Shown: in pieces, positions 17,025-28,098 of the stretch
Layout: every line of letters begins with the position of its first letter
Position numbering within the stretch: position 1 is the first letter of the stretch
Virus record (IMG/VR): IMGVR_UViG_3300025121_000094
Location: 1 to 38,587 of that record
Origin: a virus
Lineage: Duplodnaviria; Caudoviricetes
DNA: 38,587 nucleotides
Strand: one strand, 5' to 3'
Notes under the pieces: model-generated
Told to the model about the DNA's origin: nothing
What the model saw: the letters and a program-made list of their open reading frames with translations, nothing else
The model's database searches: none
Position numbers and translations under genes: made by a program

Positions 17025-18056
17025 ATGATAAATTTAGCAACATTTCCTCTCCTAACTCAAAACATTTTAATGGAATGGGGAAATACAAAACCTGAATTTG
17101 AACCAGTCCGTGATCAACTGGCAATCGTGGAACATGGTGAAATGAAAAAAACAACTGATCATAGCAAATTTTCTACAGTATCAACGGCTCGTCGTATTAC
17201 TGATGGTGGAAATGCTAAACAGGGAGTAACCAAACAAGGATTTAGAGTAACCTTAAATAAATTAGGGATTGCTTTAGAGCTTGATGTTTCTGAAGAAATG
17301 AGAATGTATGATGATTCTTATGGAGAAATAATGAAAATGACTCGCGATATTACTAAAGGATTAAATCGTCGTGTAGAATTGGATTTAGCTTCTTTCTTAT
17401 ATCATGCGTGGAGTTCAAGTTATACAAATGTTGATGGTGAAACAATAACTACTGTTGGTCCAGACGGTAACCCCTTAATGTTTGCTACTCATTCATGTAA
17501 TGGTTCTACAAATACTTATAGTAATCAAATCGGTGCTATTGGAACTACTCATGATCCTATTAGCTCTTCTGTATTAGAAACATTGGTTGAGTCTGGTAAT
17601 AACTTTTTAGACGAAGGTGATGGCCGTTCTACTCCTACCGAGTTTGATACGATTATTACTGGTCGTCATAAACCAACTCAAATGGAAGTGTCTCGTATCT
17701 TAAATTCTGTATTAACCCCTGGTGCTTCTACAACTTCTGTAAATAATTCAAACAATCAATTACAAAGTATGTACCAACATTTAGTGGTTCCTTATCTTGA
17801 TATGAACCCACAAACTGAACAACGTAATGCCACTGGTGCAACTTCCAGAGCAAGATATTGTTTTGTGGCTAAACTTAGAGATAAAGACGCTAATGGATTT
17901 ACCATGCGCTTCTCTAAAGATCCTACGATGAACGCTCCTTTTGCTGTCGCTGAAAGTGGTGTGTGGCAATATGTCGCTAACGCTTATTATACTATTGGTC
18001 TTTTAGCTTCTAACTTTATTGTTGGAACTAAAGGTGATGGTACTTTGGTAGCTTAA
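17025..18056 (+). CDS. Major capsid protein (HK97 fold)
   Basis: 343 aa; VSEEMRMYD and GPDGNPLMFATH motifs; synteny. Confidence 0.85.
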   Translation: MINLATFPLLTQNILMEWGNTKPEFEPVRDQLAIVEHGEMKKTTDHSKFSTVSTARRITDGGNAKQGVTKQGFRVTLNKLGIALELDVSEEMRMYDDSYGEIMKMTRDITKGLNRRVELDLASFLYHAWSSSYTNVDGETITTVGPDGNPLMFATHSCNGSTNTYSNQIGAIGTTHDPISSSVLETLVESGNNFLDEGDGRSTPTEFDTIITGRHKPTQMEVSRILNSVLTPGASTTSVNNSNNQLQSMYQHLVVPYLDMNPQTEQRNATGATSRARYCFVAKLRDKDANGFTMRFSKDPTMNAPFAVAESGVWQYVANAYYTIGLLASNFIVGTKGDGTLVA

Positions 18057-18080
18057 TAAATAATCTTAACGGGTAACTTT

Positions 18081-18320
18081 ATGGACTTTATAATCAAGCC
18101 TTCAAAATTTGGAAAGCTAGACTCTGCTCATTTAAGTAAAGGAGAAAGAGATGGTTTAAAACAACATGAGGTTACCCCTGAGATGTTTGATAAGATGGAT
18201 GAAGTCTCTCAACGTGAGTGGGTAGAAGAACTGGATATGGATAGTTATAGAGAAATGCGTAATTTCCACAAGAAATCTAATTATGGATTAAAAGAATTAT
18301 TAACTAAAAAAAATAATTAA
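18081..18320 (+). CDS. Hypothetical protein
   Basis: ORF in structural operon. Confidence 0.6.
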   Translation: MDFIIKPSKFGKLDSAHLSKGERDGLKQHEVTPEMFDKMDEVSQREWVEELDMDSYREMRNFHKKSNYGLKELLTKKNN

Positions 18321-18330
18321 ATAAAATAAT

Positions 18331-18561
18331 ATGGTTGATTTAGGCAATCCAAAGGTTCTAAAGAACTATCTCATTGGAAAAATGAAAGAGGGACAAGGTG
18401 TTTTTGAAGAAAAAAATGTTTTAATTTATCGCGATCTTGATGGTATGGAATATATTGTGCCTCAAGAAGTTATAGATTATAAAAATTCTTTAAAGAAAGA
18501 AGAAGAGAAAGAGGAAGAACAGGTTAAAAAAAAACCTGGTCGTCCTCCAAAGATTAAATAA
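18331..18561 (+). CDS. Small protein with C-terminal AT-hook-like motif
   Basis: KKKPGRPPKIK. Confidence 0.65.
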   Translation: MVDLGNPKVLKNYLIGKMKEGQGVFEEKNVLIYRDLDGMEYIVPQEVIDYKNSLKKEEEKEEEQVKKKPGRPPKIK

Positions 18562-18573
18562 TAATATAAAAAT

Positions 18574-21135
18574 ATGAGTACAAATTTTGAAGAAGTAGGA
18601 GACTCCCAATTTAGTGGTCCTGTTGGAACTGGCGTACTTCCATTTACAACGGGCAAATATATTTATGTCCATAATTCTGGAAGTGGCACAAGTATTGGTC
18701 GTGAAATAAATCAACCGGTAGTAACCAGCATTGATGCTGCTGTTGGTAAATGTCGAGCTAGTAAAGGTGATGTTATAGTAGTGTTACCTGGACACGTTGA
18801 GAGCATAACTGCTGCGGCCGGCCTAGCCTTGGATACTGCTAGTATTACTGTGTATTTCATGGGAGAGGGCGAAAGTAAAGCTACAATAGATTTTAGTACA
18901 GTAGTTGGAGCAAGTATGACTGTAACCGCTAATGGTGTTACTTTTCTTGGTAATCCACGGTTTACAGCTTCGATTGATGCTTTAACAGGGCCAATTAGTG
19001 TTACGGCTTCTGATTTTAAAATAGATCATTTTGATTGGTACGATTCAACAGATATGAATACGACAAATTGTTTAGTGGCTTCTTCGGCTGCTGACCGTAT
19101 TTATATTGGTGGTGCGAAATTCTATAAGAGCAATGAGAGTGGTACACAAAAAGAATCGTTTATTAAGATTGGTGCTGTCGCTGATCCGGTGATTGGTTAT
19201 CTTGATGTTGTTGGTGATTTCTCTGATGCTCCTGTTTATAATAATGTTGCGTGGGCAAGAGTGCGTATGTTGGGTGGAATCTTAAACAATACCAATGTCG
19301 GACCAAGCCTCGCTGTAAAATTATCTGCTGCTTCTACTGGTGTAGCTAAAAATATTCATGCTCGCGTAGCTTCTGGTGTATTATTTGTATCTGCCGTGAA
19401 TCAGATGAACTGGATTGATAGTGATGGTGTGAATGCGGATGGAGAATATCAATCAATTCAGATTGGTGATGTATCAGATTACGCACATGATCCAGCAATT
19501 GGAGCTAACAACGCTGATAATGCTTTTGATTCTACAAATGTGGTATCAAATCCGGTTGGTTCTTTATTAGAGCGTTTACAAACAATTCAAGAACATGTAG
19601 GAGCTACTGATTCAGTAACTAATATTATTGGTGCTGATGATGCGGACAATGGCTTTCCTTCTACTAACGTAGTGGCAAATGCCGACGGTTCTGTAATTGA
19701 ACGTGAAGAATATATCCAAAGCTCTATCGGCTCTGGTTTAGGTACAGCTGTTGCAGCTATTCAAACAGACTTAGGTAATCCGTCTGCTCGTACAAATCTT
19801 CAATCAATTGAAGCAATGTTAGGTTGTCCTGACACTGCCGGAGCAACTATTTATGCTGGTTTAGGTGGCGCCGCTGGTTTACCAACTTATCCTGCCGCCG
19901 CTCCTGCTGGTAACGATGTATCTGTAGCAGAAGTAGTACGTTATATTCAAGAAACGCAATTAGGTACGATTGCTAATACAGGTGGAACCGCCACGCTTGG
20001 TGGAGTATTAGGTGATGTACTTAATGTTTCTGTAGCAACTCGCTTAATTAACGCTCAGCTTGATTTAGATCAATTGGGAACGTTAGTAAACACCGCTGGT
20101 ACAGCTGAATTGGGTGCAATGCTTGGTGATTTTGCTAATGTAAGTTTAGTAACTCGTTTAGGAGTTCCTGCGGTTTCTCTTGCGGCAGACATTGATGCAA
20201 TCGCAATTGACTTAGGAAACCCATCTGCCAGAACGAATCTTCAAACATTAGAATCAATGCTCGGAAATCCAGATGCGGCGAATAAAACTATCTATGGAAA
20301 TATTGGAGATTTTGTTGGTGACACTAATTTGCAGACACTCAAAGCCGCATTAGGTGTTCCTGACGTTGCCGCAAAACCATTGTACACGTGTTTAGTTACT
20401 GATCGACTGGATCATGCGACGTACGGATTAAGCGCTTTGGATACTAAAATTGGAGTCATTGATGGCTTTATGGATGTCCCAACTCAAGATGCGGCAACTG
20501 ATGCTCAAGTTCGAGATGTTGTTGGTAAAAAATCAGATACAACGGCAGGGACATCATTGGTTTCTTTGGCTAAACAGATAAAAGCTGAAACCGATCAGGT
20601 TGGAACAATTACGAATACTGGTGGAACTCCAACGATTGGGGCAGTTTTGGGTGATGTGGCTAATATTCCGATTGCGACTACATTAGTGAATGCGATGAAT
20701 TATTTAGCAGTACTTGATATTGCTCGTACTGGTTCGGGAACCGAATTTGTTGTTAAAAAATCATTTGCTTCATCTCAAATTGTAACTGGTGGTGTTGATA
20801 TAACAGGAGTTTCTTCTGATGGAGATTTGTTGATAAAAGACATCCACATTAATACGGATGGCACAGGGCTTGTGGCAGGAACAAACTTTGAAATTCGACA
20901 CAACAATGTGGTTGGAAATCCCTTGATCTTCTCAGAAACCGTTCTCAATTTAGGTGCTTCGGCAACCGAATCCTTGGCAACTGGTTCTGTCGCTAGTGTT
21001 ACAGGAAATATATTGGAAGTTGGTAAAAAACTGACTGCTTATTCAACCGGCATTGATTGTACAGGAGCTGGAACAATAGTTTTAGATATCGTGTTCCAAC
21101 GTGTACAACCAGGTGCTACTGTAGCTGCTGCTTAG
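18574..21135 (+). CDS. Large Gly/Ala-rich virion fibre/appendage with internal repeats
   Basis: N-terminal SIDAAV..GDVIVVLPGH beta-helix cap motif; three repeat families. Confidence 0.7.
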   Translation: MSTNFEEVGDSQFSGPVGTGVLPFTTGKYIYVHNSGSGTSIGREINQPVVTSIDAAVGKCRASKGDVIVVLPGHVESITAAAGLALDTASITVYFMGEGESKATIDFSTVVGASMTVTANGVTFLGNPRFTASIDALTGPISVTASDFKIDHFDWYDSTDMNTTNCLVASSAADRIYIGGAKFYKSNESGTQKESFIKIGAVADPVIGYLDVVGDFSDAPVYNNVAWARVRMLGGILNNTNVGPSLAVKLSAASTGVAKNIHARVASGVLFVSAVNQMNWIDSDGVNADGEYQSIQIGDVSDYAHDPAIGANNADNAFDSTNVVSNPVGSLLERLQTIQEHVGATDSVTNIIGADDADNGFPSTNVVANADGSVIEREEYIQSSIGSGLGTAVAAIQTDLGNPSARTNLQSIEAMLGCPDTAGATIYAGLGGAAGLPTYPAAAPAGNDVSVAEVVRYIQETQLGTIANTGGTATLGGVLGDVLNVSVATRLINAQLDLDQLGTLVNTAGTAELGAMLGDFANVSLVTRLGVPAVSLAADIDAIAIDLGNPSARTNLQTLESMLGNPDAANKTIYGNIGDFVGDTNLQTLKAALGVPDVAAKPLYTCLVTDRLDHATYGLSALDTKIGVIDGFMDVPTQDAATDAQVRDVVGKKSDTTAGTSLVSLAKQIKAETDQVGTITNTGGTPTIGAVLGDVANIPIATTLVNAMNYLAVLDIARTGSGTEFVVKKSFASSQIVTGGVDITGVSSDGDLLIKDIHINTDGTGLVAGTNFEIRHNNVVGNPLIFSETVLNLGASATESLATGSVASVTGNILEVGKKLTAYSTGIDCTGAGTIVLDIVFQRVQPGATVAAA

Positions 21136-21147
21136 TAACTAATTAAG

Positions 21148-21176
21148 TCCCCGCCTTAGATTTGCTAGGGCGGGGA
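21148..21176. other. GC-rich intergenic hairpin without U-tract
   Basis: TCCCCGCCTTAG / CTAGGGCGGGGA. Confidence 0.7.
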
Positions 21177-21191
21177 ATAAACAATAAGACT

Positions 21192-21410
21192 ATGAAATTA
21201 CCTTACAAGTATGAGTTACCCGCTGAAGTTGTGACTTATGTCATGAACGCAGTCAATACTCAACAAATTAGAGGTGAACAAGCCGCGCAGGCTTTAGTAG
21301 GCGTTCTGAACATTTTGCGTAACCCTCTCAATTTAAAAGAATTGAAAGAGGAAGAAGCAAAAGAACAGGCTGAAAAAGCTAAAGCGGAAAAGAAAGAAGA
21401 TAAAAAATAG
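21192..21410 (+). CDS. Small hypothetical protein (possible fibre chaperone)
   Basis: Likely ATG start at 21192, after the hairpin. Confidence 0.6.
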   Translation: MKLPYKYELPAEVVTYVMNAVNTQQIRGEQAAQALVGVLNILRNPLNLKELKEEEAKEQAEKAKAEKKEDKK

Positions 21411-21462
21411 GCTTCTTAAAGTGAGGTGGGGTCGTAGTAATACGTCCTCACTTATAAGGAGC
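21411..21462. other. Long intergenic hairpin
   Basis: GCTTCTTA-AAGTGAGG / CCTCACTT-ATAAGGAGC. Confidence 0.7.
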
Positions 21463-21489
21463 TTAACTAAATAAGTTAAGTTAAAATAT

Positions 21490-22278
21490 ATGGGTTTATT
21501 ACAAGATCAAAATTACATTTCAAAACAACAGCCAATGCCAATGAGTGAAAGTGATTCTTCCTCTGTTGTAGTTAGCATTACCGGTGAAACAGTACAGCTT
21601 TATTATAGCAATTCTGGTGTTCGTACAGCTGATGCCGGACAAGCGGCAGGTACGGTAGTAGTTGGACAATTAGCTAGTAGCAATATTCTTGACGCAAGTG
21701 GTGGATATATCGCGACTAATCGTGATACCTCATTATCGTTTACCGGAACATGCTTTACCACAGAAATAGATTTTCCTTATTCTCAATTTAAAGACAGTAA
21801 AGATAAAACATGGGCAAGTAAATTAGCTGATGTAACTGCCGTAATGAATAATGGCGAGTATTGTGTTGATTATGGTTCTGGTACTATTTATGGAAAGAAA
21901 ACAACTACTGCTTCTAGTTTAACGTCTGTGGCATACAAGAAAAAAGCACAAACTGTTTCTAAAGCTACATTAGACGGTGGTGAAGATTTAGCTCGTAATA
22001 CGCAAGATACGACCTATAAAGGAACAGCTACCAGAATTACAACCGCAACTACAACGCTTTGTAAGAGTGGTGCTGGTAATTTAAAACGTATTTTAATTAA
22101 AGCAACGCTAGGAAATACCGTAACAATTTATAATAGTTTACTTGGTTCCGGTACAACTTTAGATGTATTGCCAGCTACTTTACCAGTTGGATCATACGAA
22201 TTAAATTATGAATTTACTACTGGCTGTACTGTTGTAACGGCTGGTGCTGACAATATTACAGTGGTAACTGGAGTTTAA
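21490..22278 (+). CDS. Virion structural protein
   Basis: Thr/Ser/Gly-rich beta protein in late operon. Confidence 0.65.
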   Translation: MGLLQDQNYISKQQPMPMSESDSSSVVVSITGETVQLYYSNSGVRTADAGQAAGTVVVGQLASSNILDASGGYIATNRDTSLSFTGTCFTTEIDFPYSQFKDSKDKTWASKLADVTAVMNNGEYCVDYGSGTIYGKKTTTASSLTSVAYKKKAQTVSKATLDGGEDLARNTQDTTYKGTATRITTATTTLCKSGAGNLKRILIKATLGNTVTIYNSLLGSGTTLDVLPATLPVGSYELNYEFTTGCTVVTAGADNITVVTGV

Positions 22279-22294
22279 AAACTAAAACATTTTT

Positions 22295-23032
22295 ATGCCA
22301 AGAACAGCTGTAACAAATAGATTGGCTGTACGCAATCAATTATATTCAGTAGAAAGCAAAGCGACTACGCAATATATTAAGTCTGGTGTTAGTTTTGCTG
22401 TATCCACTACTCCATTTTCTTTTGGTATTTGGGCTAGACCTAATTTAATAAGTGGATTACCAACAATAATCAGTCAAACTAACGGTACTGGTTTAGGCAG
22501 GGCTTGGTTATATTTTACTGGTACAGCATGGAAATTAACCACTGTACTTGGTGGAACAGCTGTTTTAGGTACAAGAGTATTAAATAATAATCAATGGTAT
22601 TTTTTTGGAGTATCAGTTGATCCAATTGTTAAAACTATGGACTTTTATGTTGGTGGAAATAATAGTTTTACACACGATATAGCGGTTACTGGAATGACGA
22701 TTGAACCAGCTGACGGTGAAATATGGTTATTGGAAAACAAAGGATTGTCTGCTAACTTTCAAGGATTGGCCACGGAATATAGAATGTTTACTAATAGAGT
22801 ATTTACAGAACAAGAGTGGTCTAATTATTATTTTAATAATAGTTTTGACAAAACAGGATTAAGACAAGAATTATTATTTAGTGAAGGTACTGGAAATTCC
22901 GTTGCTGATACTTCTGTAAATGCTACTACTGCTAGTATTATCAATACAGCTAATTGGAGCTCTGCTACTTTTTCAAAAAATAGAACAACAGCTGGAATAA
23001 GAACTTTAGCCACTAATAGATTAACTGTATAA
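22295..23032 (+). CDS. LamG/concanavalin A-like lectin-fold protein
   Basis: FSFGIWARP, LNNNQWYFFGVS, FQG...EYRMF and FSEGTG..VADTS. Confidence 0.8.
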   Translation: MPRTAVTNRLAVRNQLYSVESKATTQYIKSGVSFAVSTTPFSFGIWARPNLISGLPTIISQTNGTGLGRAWLYFTGTAWKLTTVLGGTAVLGTRVLNNNQWYFFGVSVDPIVKTMDFYVGGNNSFTHDIAVTGMTIEPADGEIWLLENKGLSANFQGLATEYRMFTNRVFTEQEWSNYYFNNSFDKTGLRQELLFSEGTGNSVADTSVNATTASIINTANWSSATFSKNRTTAGIRTLATNRLTV

Positions 23033-23034
23033 AT

Positions 23035-24459
23035 ATGATATTTAATATACGACATCCTGACATAAGACATCAACCAAGTACATCTTTAACGACTATTGTT
23101 GATGCGGCAACAACAAGTTTAACTGTTGGAAATACAGGGGGTTTTACCGCTAGTAAATATTTGTTAATTGGTGGATATGGTTCAGCAACAGCAGAAATTA
23201 AATTAGGTGGAGCAATTACAACTACTACTTTAGCAACTGCGGCTACTTCTTTTTTACATAGTGCTGGTGATGTTGTATTTCAAATTCCTTATAATCAGAT
23301 TGAAATAAGTTATTCAACAAATTTAGTAACATTATGGGAGTCTAATTTATATGCCACTTTATCTGACGCTATGACTGCGGCTACTTGGACAACGCTTGCC
23401 ACCATTGATATAACACCGACACAAGATGAGACTTTTTATAATGATACTATTTCCGGTCGTGCTTATCGTTGGCGTTATAAGCATAGTGATGGCACTCCTG
23501 CATATTCAGATTATCAAAATATTTTATTACCTACTGGATATGAAGAAAAATCAGTGGCGGCTATAATTCGCAAAGCTATTTCAATAACGAATAAAAAAAT
23601 AAGCAATGATATATTAGCTCAAATAAATACTGAATTTTGTTTTGATGAAATCAATCAATGTTTACGCTGGGTAGACAATAAAAGATTGTATTGGTCTCAT
23701 AATCAATCTTTTAATACTGTATTATCTGAAATTACCTCTGGAAAAAATGAATATATTTTACCTACCAATATTGCTACTAGAGATAATAAACAAGCTATTT
23801 GGAATTTAAAAATTGAAGATGGTTATAATTTAACTTACCTTGATAAGCGAGAAATGGATCAATATTTTGTTGATGTGCACACTTCCTTTTTAGCGGTTGC
23901 TTTAACTTCTGCATCAACAACAGCAACTTTTGATGATACGTCTAATTTTGCAGATAGTGGAACATTTGATGTTTGGGTTGCTGGTGTAAAAATGACTATT
24001 ACTTATACAGCCAATAATCGCACTACTAATGTTTTAACTTGTCCAAGCTGTGCTACTGAGGTTACGGCAACCGCGGCTATAGACACAATGGTATTACAAG
24101 GAGCGTCTTATGGTACACCAAATTATTATACCGTTTATGACGGTAAAATTATTTTTAATATTGTGCCCAACGATACTATTTATCAACGCGCTATTACAGC
24201 TGATTATTATTTGAATGTACAACAAGTCAATAGCGAAGATGATTATGTGCGTATTGAAAATCCTAATTTAGTAATAAACTGGTTAAGAAAAGCCATATCT
24301 TTAAAGACAAATAATGATACTAAAGCCGCACAATATGACGCAATGTTAAGAGAAGATTTAAAAGATATGAAATTTAAAAATTCTACTGGACAAAAACAAT
24401 ATTTAAAACCTCGCGGATGGACTTATGTTGGGAGTAGATATAATTATCCAAATAACTAA
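23035..24459 (+). CDS. Head-tail adaptor-like protein with extra beta domains
   Basis: EYILP, GTPNYY..IFNIVP and helical C-terminus typical of podovirus adaptors. Confidence 0.6.
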   Translation: MIFNIRHPDIRHQPSTSLTTIVDAATTSLTVGNTGGFTASKYLLIGGYGSATAEIKLGGAITTTTLATAATSFLHSAGDVVFQIPYNQIEISYSTNLVTLWESNLYATLSDAMTAATWTTLATIDITPTQDETFYNDTISGRAYRWRYKHSDGTPAYSDYQNILLPTGYEEKSVAAIIRKAISITNKKISNDILAQINTEFCFDEINQCLRWVDNKRLYWSHNQSFNTVLSEITSGKNEYILPTNIATRDNKQAIWNLKIEDGYNLTYLDKREMDQYFVDVHTSFLAVALTSASTTATFDDTSNFADSGTFDVWVAGVKMTITYTANNRTTNVLTCPSCATEVTATAAIDTMVLQGASYGTPNYYTVYDGKIIFNIVPNDTIYQRAITADYYLNVQQVNSEDDYVRIENPNLVINWLRKAISLKTNNDTKAAQYDAMLREDLKDMKFKNSTGQKQYLKPRGWTYVGSRYNYPNN

Positions 24460-24461
24460 AT

Positions 24462-26186
24462 ATGCAAAAACTTGAGCCTGTAATTTTAAGGGATTATAGT
24501 GGCGGCGTAAATAATAGCGTCAGCAATGCTTTTATGCCGGCCAATACTTTAAGGTTTGCTCTTAATATGTATTCCGATCCTCAGAAAGCTCCTTTCGGTA
24601 GTCTTATTAGTAGAACAGGGGTAACAGCAGTAAGAAATGTAGATGAAGATATGTCTTTAAATCTATCAAATTGTAGTGTTGTTGGTTTATTTTCTTCAAA
24701 AGATAATCAAATTTTAATTGGAATAACGAATTCTTCTACTACTCCACCAAAAACTTTTATATATTATTCTGCTGATTATGCAAGTGCTTTTGTTAATATT
24801 GGCCCAGCTCCTTTTGATTGGGGAAGTCAGGTTGGGCATAAAATAAGATTTGCACAATTTATAGGGTATACATTTGCTTGTGATGGTACTTACATAAAAT
24901 CTTGGGACGGAAATGTTGCTAATAATTGGGGAGCAACTAATCTTACCGGCTCTCCTACTGGTCATTCAATTGAGGAATTTCAAGGAAAATTATATGTTTC
25001 TCAAAACATTACTTATACTTCCAGGGTTTATTTTTCTTCTGTTCCTGACATTACTACAAATATTATAACCTGGAATACTACTAATGATTGGTTTGATGTC
25101 GAAAGTAATGATGGTGATGAGATTGTAGCAATGAAAAAAGCTGGTAATGTTTTATTGATTTGGAAAAGAAAAAGCCTATATGTTTGGGACGGATCAACAT
25201 TATCTCTTATTGCTTCTGTTGGAACAATAAATCAAGAAAATGTACAAGTAATAAATGATAAAGTATTTTTTGCATATTTAGAAGATGTAAATTTTTCGAT
25301 ATATATGTATTCTGGTGGAATTGTACAAAAAATTTCAACTCCTATGAATGGTTGGTTAAATTCTCCAGAAGATGACAGCTCTCTTCAGATTCCGTCGTCT
25401 ACTCAAAATAGAGGAGTTGGTAATTATTATGGAGCATGGTCTGATGATGATAATTATTTTATTTGGATAAATGGTAGAGAAAGAAAAGAAATTTATTCAA
25501 AAGGTATAAATCAAATAATATTGTTTAGTAAAATAAAAAATATATTTCCTAATATAATTTTAAAATATAATATTTCTACAAACACATGGAATGAATTATC
25601 TATAAATTCTCCAGTAATTTCAAATCAATTATCTAATAGAATATATTTTTCAACAAAAATTTTTATTACAAGTCCTGCAAATAAAATAACTGTTTTAGCC
25701 GGTACTAATACAGTTAAATTATCATCAACTACTTCATATTCTATCTCTCCTTGGTATTGGAATAATCCAAGTGATAAACAGTTATATTCATCTGATACAG
25801 AGGATAAAATTGCAAAAACAATAGGTACTAATACTTATCAATACATACCAATTTCAATTTATATACAAACAAGAGAAGAAGAATTTGGATCACGTTCTCG
25901 TATTAAAACAATAAATAGTTTTAATGTTTTTGCTAATGGTGCATATAGTAATATGACTTTAGGAATGAGAATAGATGGTAAAAAATGGGAAGAGCTAGGA
26001 AAATTAACAGGAAGAATAACTAAATTTAATCCTGGAAAAAGTGGATATTTTTTTGAATTTAAAATTTACGGTGAAACATTAGGCAATAAAGGAGCTAGTT
26101 ATATTTCAACTATAAATAATAGTCAACAATTTATATTCGAAGGGTTTGAATTTTATGATATTGATATAGAAGATTACGAAACATAA
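24462..26186 (+). CDS. Tail nozzle / stabilisation protein (beta-propeller, P22 gp10-like)
   Basis: DYSGGVN start, RVYFSS and GDEIVAM..LLIWK blades; synteny. Confidence 0.7.
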   Translation: MQKLEPVILRDYSGGVNNSVSNAFMPANTLRFALNMYSDPQKAPFGSLISRTGVTAVRNVDEDMSLNLSNCSVVGLFSSKDNQILIGITNSSTTPPKTFIYYSADYASAFVNIGPAPFDWGSQVGHKIRFAQFIGYTFACDGTYIKSWDGNVANNWGATNLTGSPTGHSIEEFQGKLYVSQNITYTSRVYFSSVPDITTNIITWNTTNDWFDVESNDGDEIVAMKKAGNVLLIWKRKSLYVWDGSTLSLIASVGTINQENVQVINDKVFFAYLEDVNFSIYMYSGGIVQKISTPMNGWLNSPEDDSSLQIPSSTQNRGVGNYYGAWSDDDNYFIWINGRERKEIYSKGINQIILFSKIKNIFPNIILKYNISTNTWNELSINSPVISNQLSNRIYFSTKIFITSPANKITVLAGTNTVKLSSTTSYSISPWYWNNPSDKQLYSSDTEDKIAKTIGTNTYQYIPISIYIQTREEEFGSRSRIKTINSFNVFANGAYSNMTLGMRIDGKKWEELGKLTGRITKFNPGKSGYFFEFKIYGETLGNKGASYISTINNSQQFIFEGFEFYDIDIEDYET

Positions 26187-26187
26187 T

Positions 26188-26739
26188 ATGCAAAAATTTA
26201 ACGAACAACAATTTAAACTCGAAATACAAAGATATGTTAAACAAGAATTAGCTAAACTTAGCCAATCTTTTAAGTTACAAACAACGCAAGAAATAAATAA
26301 TACTTTACAGAAAAGAGATAAACTTAATGCTTCTGGTGTTTTATTCGATCAAAATACTGGACTACATACACAAGGAAAAAATCTTATTGGATTAACAGGA
26401 GATAGAGCTATCCATAATTGTATTCGTACTAATTTAATATATCAAATTATAAGTGGTGGGGTAGTAAACTTTATGTCTTCTGATATGTCAATAGAAACTG
26501 AAGCGGGTGGGGCTACTGATAATCTTGATACAATAAACCCTCACGCTTTAGCACAAGGAAATGATATTCTTATTTTAAGAGCTTATAACGATACTCACAC
26601 AATAGTTATTAAAAATGGTACAGGCAACATTGTTTGTGGAGCGGATATAAGTTTAGACAGTAAATATGATAGAGTTATGTTACAATGGGATAAACTAAAT
26701 GCTAAATGGGTATTACTTTCCAGCACTAATAACGCTTAA
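26188..26739 (+). CDS. Tail-associated structural protein
   Basis: Coiled N-terminus plus ETEAGGATDNLDTIN..KNGTGNI beta domain. Confidence 0.6.
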   Translation: MQKFNEQQFKLEIQRYVKQELAKLSQSFKLQTTQEINNTLQKRDKLNASGVLFDQNTGLHTQGKNLIGLTGDRAIHNCIRTNLIYQIISGGVVNFMSSDMSIETEAGGATDNLDTINPHALAQGNDILILRAYNDTHTIVIKNGTGNIVCGADISLDSKYDRVMLQWDKLNAKWVLLSSTNNA

Positions 26740-26747
26740 TTAAATAT

Positions 26748-28094
26748 ATGGCAAAGAAAAAAGATAAAGATAAACCAAAGAAAAAACTTAAAGATTTAAG
26801 CAAGAAAGATTTAGTTACCCGTAAAGCTGGAAAAGATACTAAAATACAAAACCTTAAAGAACAAAAGAAAGAAGCAGATACACCAAAAGAAAAGAAAAAT
26901 ATTCAAAAAAAGATTGATAAAGTAGAAAAACGATCAGAAAAAATTTCTAATGTTTTAGATAAAAAAGTTTATGAAGCGCCAGATGAACAAACATTATTAG
27001 ATAAAATATATAATAGCGATGGCTTTAAAATGCTTTCCCCTGCTAATCAACAGCTTATTAGAACAGCAGTAGACTCTTTTACTCCGGAACAATTACAAAA
27101 TTTTAAATTAAGTCCTAAAAGATTAAATTTAATTAGTCAAGAAGCTAAACAGGCGGTACAAGATGAATATAATTATACTACTCAACAATTTGACCAAGAC
27201 GCAGAACAAACTTTAAGAAATGATACAGCGTTTTTACAAAGATCATTAGAAGAAGCCGAAAGTAATCCTCAGAAAACAGACGATGATATTATTGCTATTA
27301 GAAATTTAAAAGATGCTTTAGCTGAAGCTACTAAACAATATCAAGAAGCGGCTGATTTTAAAAATACTTATTTACAAAATCAATTAGCTGATATTGATAA
27401 AAAATTAAATACAGATATAAGTAGGGCAAACGAAGATGAAATAATAAAATTAAGACAATATCAAAGACAATATCAAACTGATTTACGCGGTGTTCAAGAT
27501 AATATGGCACAGCGTGGTCTTGCTATTAGCGGTATTAGAATGAGAGAGGAGACTACAACCACGGATAATTATAATGATTTAACTACAACAGCTCAACAAG
27601 AAGCACAAAGAATAAGAGAAGACGCAGAAACTTTAGCAGACCAAAGTAAGCGCGATTTGCAATTATCAACCTCTTTTGATTTGCAAGATCTTCTTAATCA
27701 ATATAGTGGCCAACAAAAAGAAGCTATTCAAGGAGCAGAGGGCGTTTTAGGTACTGAAAAAGTATCTGGTATTTTGCCAGAATATACCGGAGTAGGAGAC
27801 GCTGATTTAACCTCATACCAATATGGAGGTGTTAAAGGAAGTTATAATACTGCTTATGATACACAAAAAAATGATAACTTTGCCGCATATGAAGCTAAGT
27901 ATGGAACATCTGCTTTGATAAATAGATTTAGAGGACAACTGGGAACGTATAAACCTGTTGGTGGAATAATTGGTACAGAAAATGTTGCAAAACAAAGAGC
28001 ATATAAAACAGCTGGAGAAACTAAGAAAATTAACAAAAAAGCAATAGTACAACAAGGAACTAAAAATTATTTACAAGCTAAAGGTTTATTATAA
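26748..28094 (+). CDS. Putative ejection (internal virion) protein with Lys-rich N-terminus
   Basis: Coiled-coil, Q/D/E-rich; MAQRGLAISG motif; position. Confidence 0.55.
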   Translation: MAKKKDKDKPKKKLKDLSKKDLVTRKAGKDTKIQNLKEQKKEADTPKEKKNIQKKIDKVEKRSEKISNVLDKKVYEAPDEQTLLDKIYNSDGFKMLSPANQQLIRTAVDSFTPEQLQNFKLSPKRLNLISQEAKQAVQDEYNYTTQQFDQDAEQTLRNDTAFLQRSLEEAESNPQKTDDDIIAIRNLKDALAEATKQYQEAADFKNTYLQNQLADIDKKLNTDISRANEDEIIKLRQYQRQYQTDLRGVQDNMAQRGLAISGIRMREETTTTDNYNDLTTTAQQEAQRIREDAETLADQSKRDLQLSTSFDLQDLLNQYSGQQKEAIQGAEGVLGTEKVSGILPEYTGVGDADLTSYQYGGVKGSYNTAYDTQKNDNFAAYEAKYGTSALINRFRGQLGTYKPVGGIIGTENVAKQRAYKTAGETKKINKKAIVQQGTKNYLQAKGLL

Positions 28095-28098
28095 ACAT

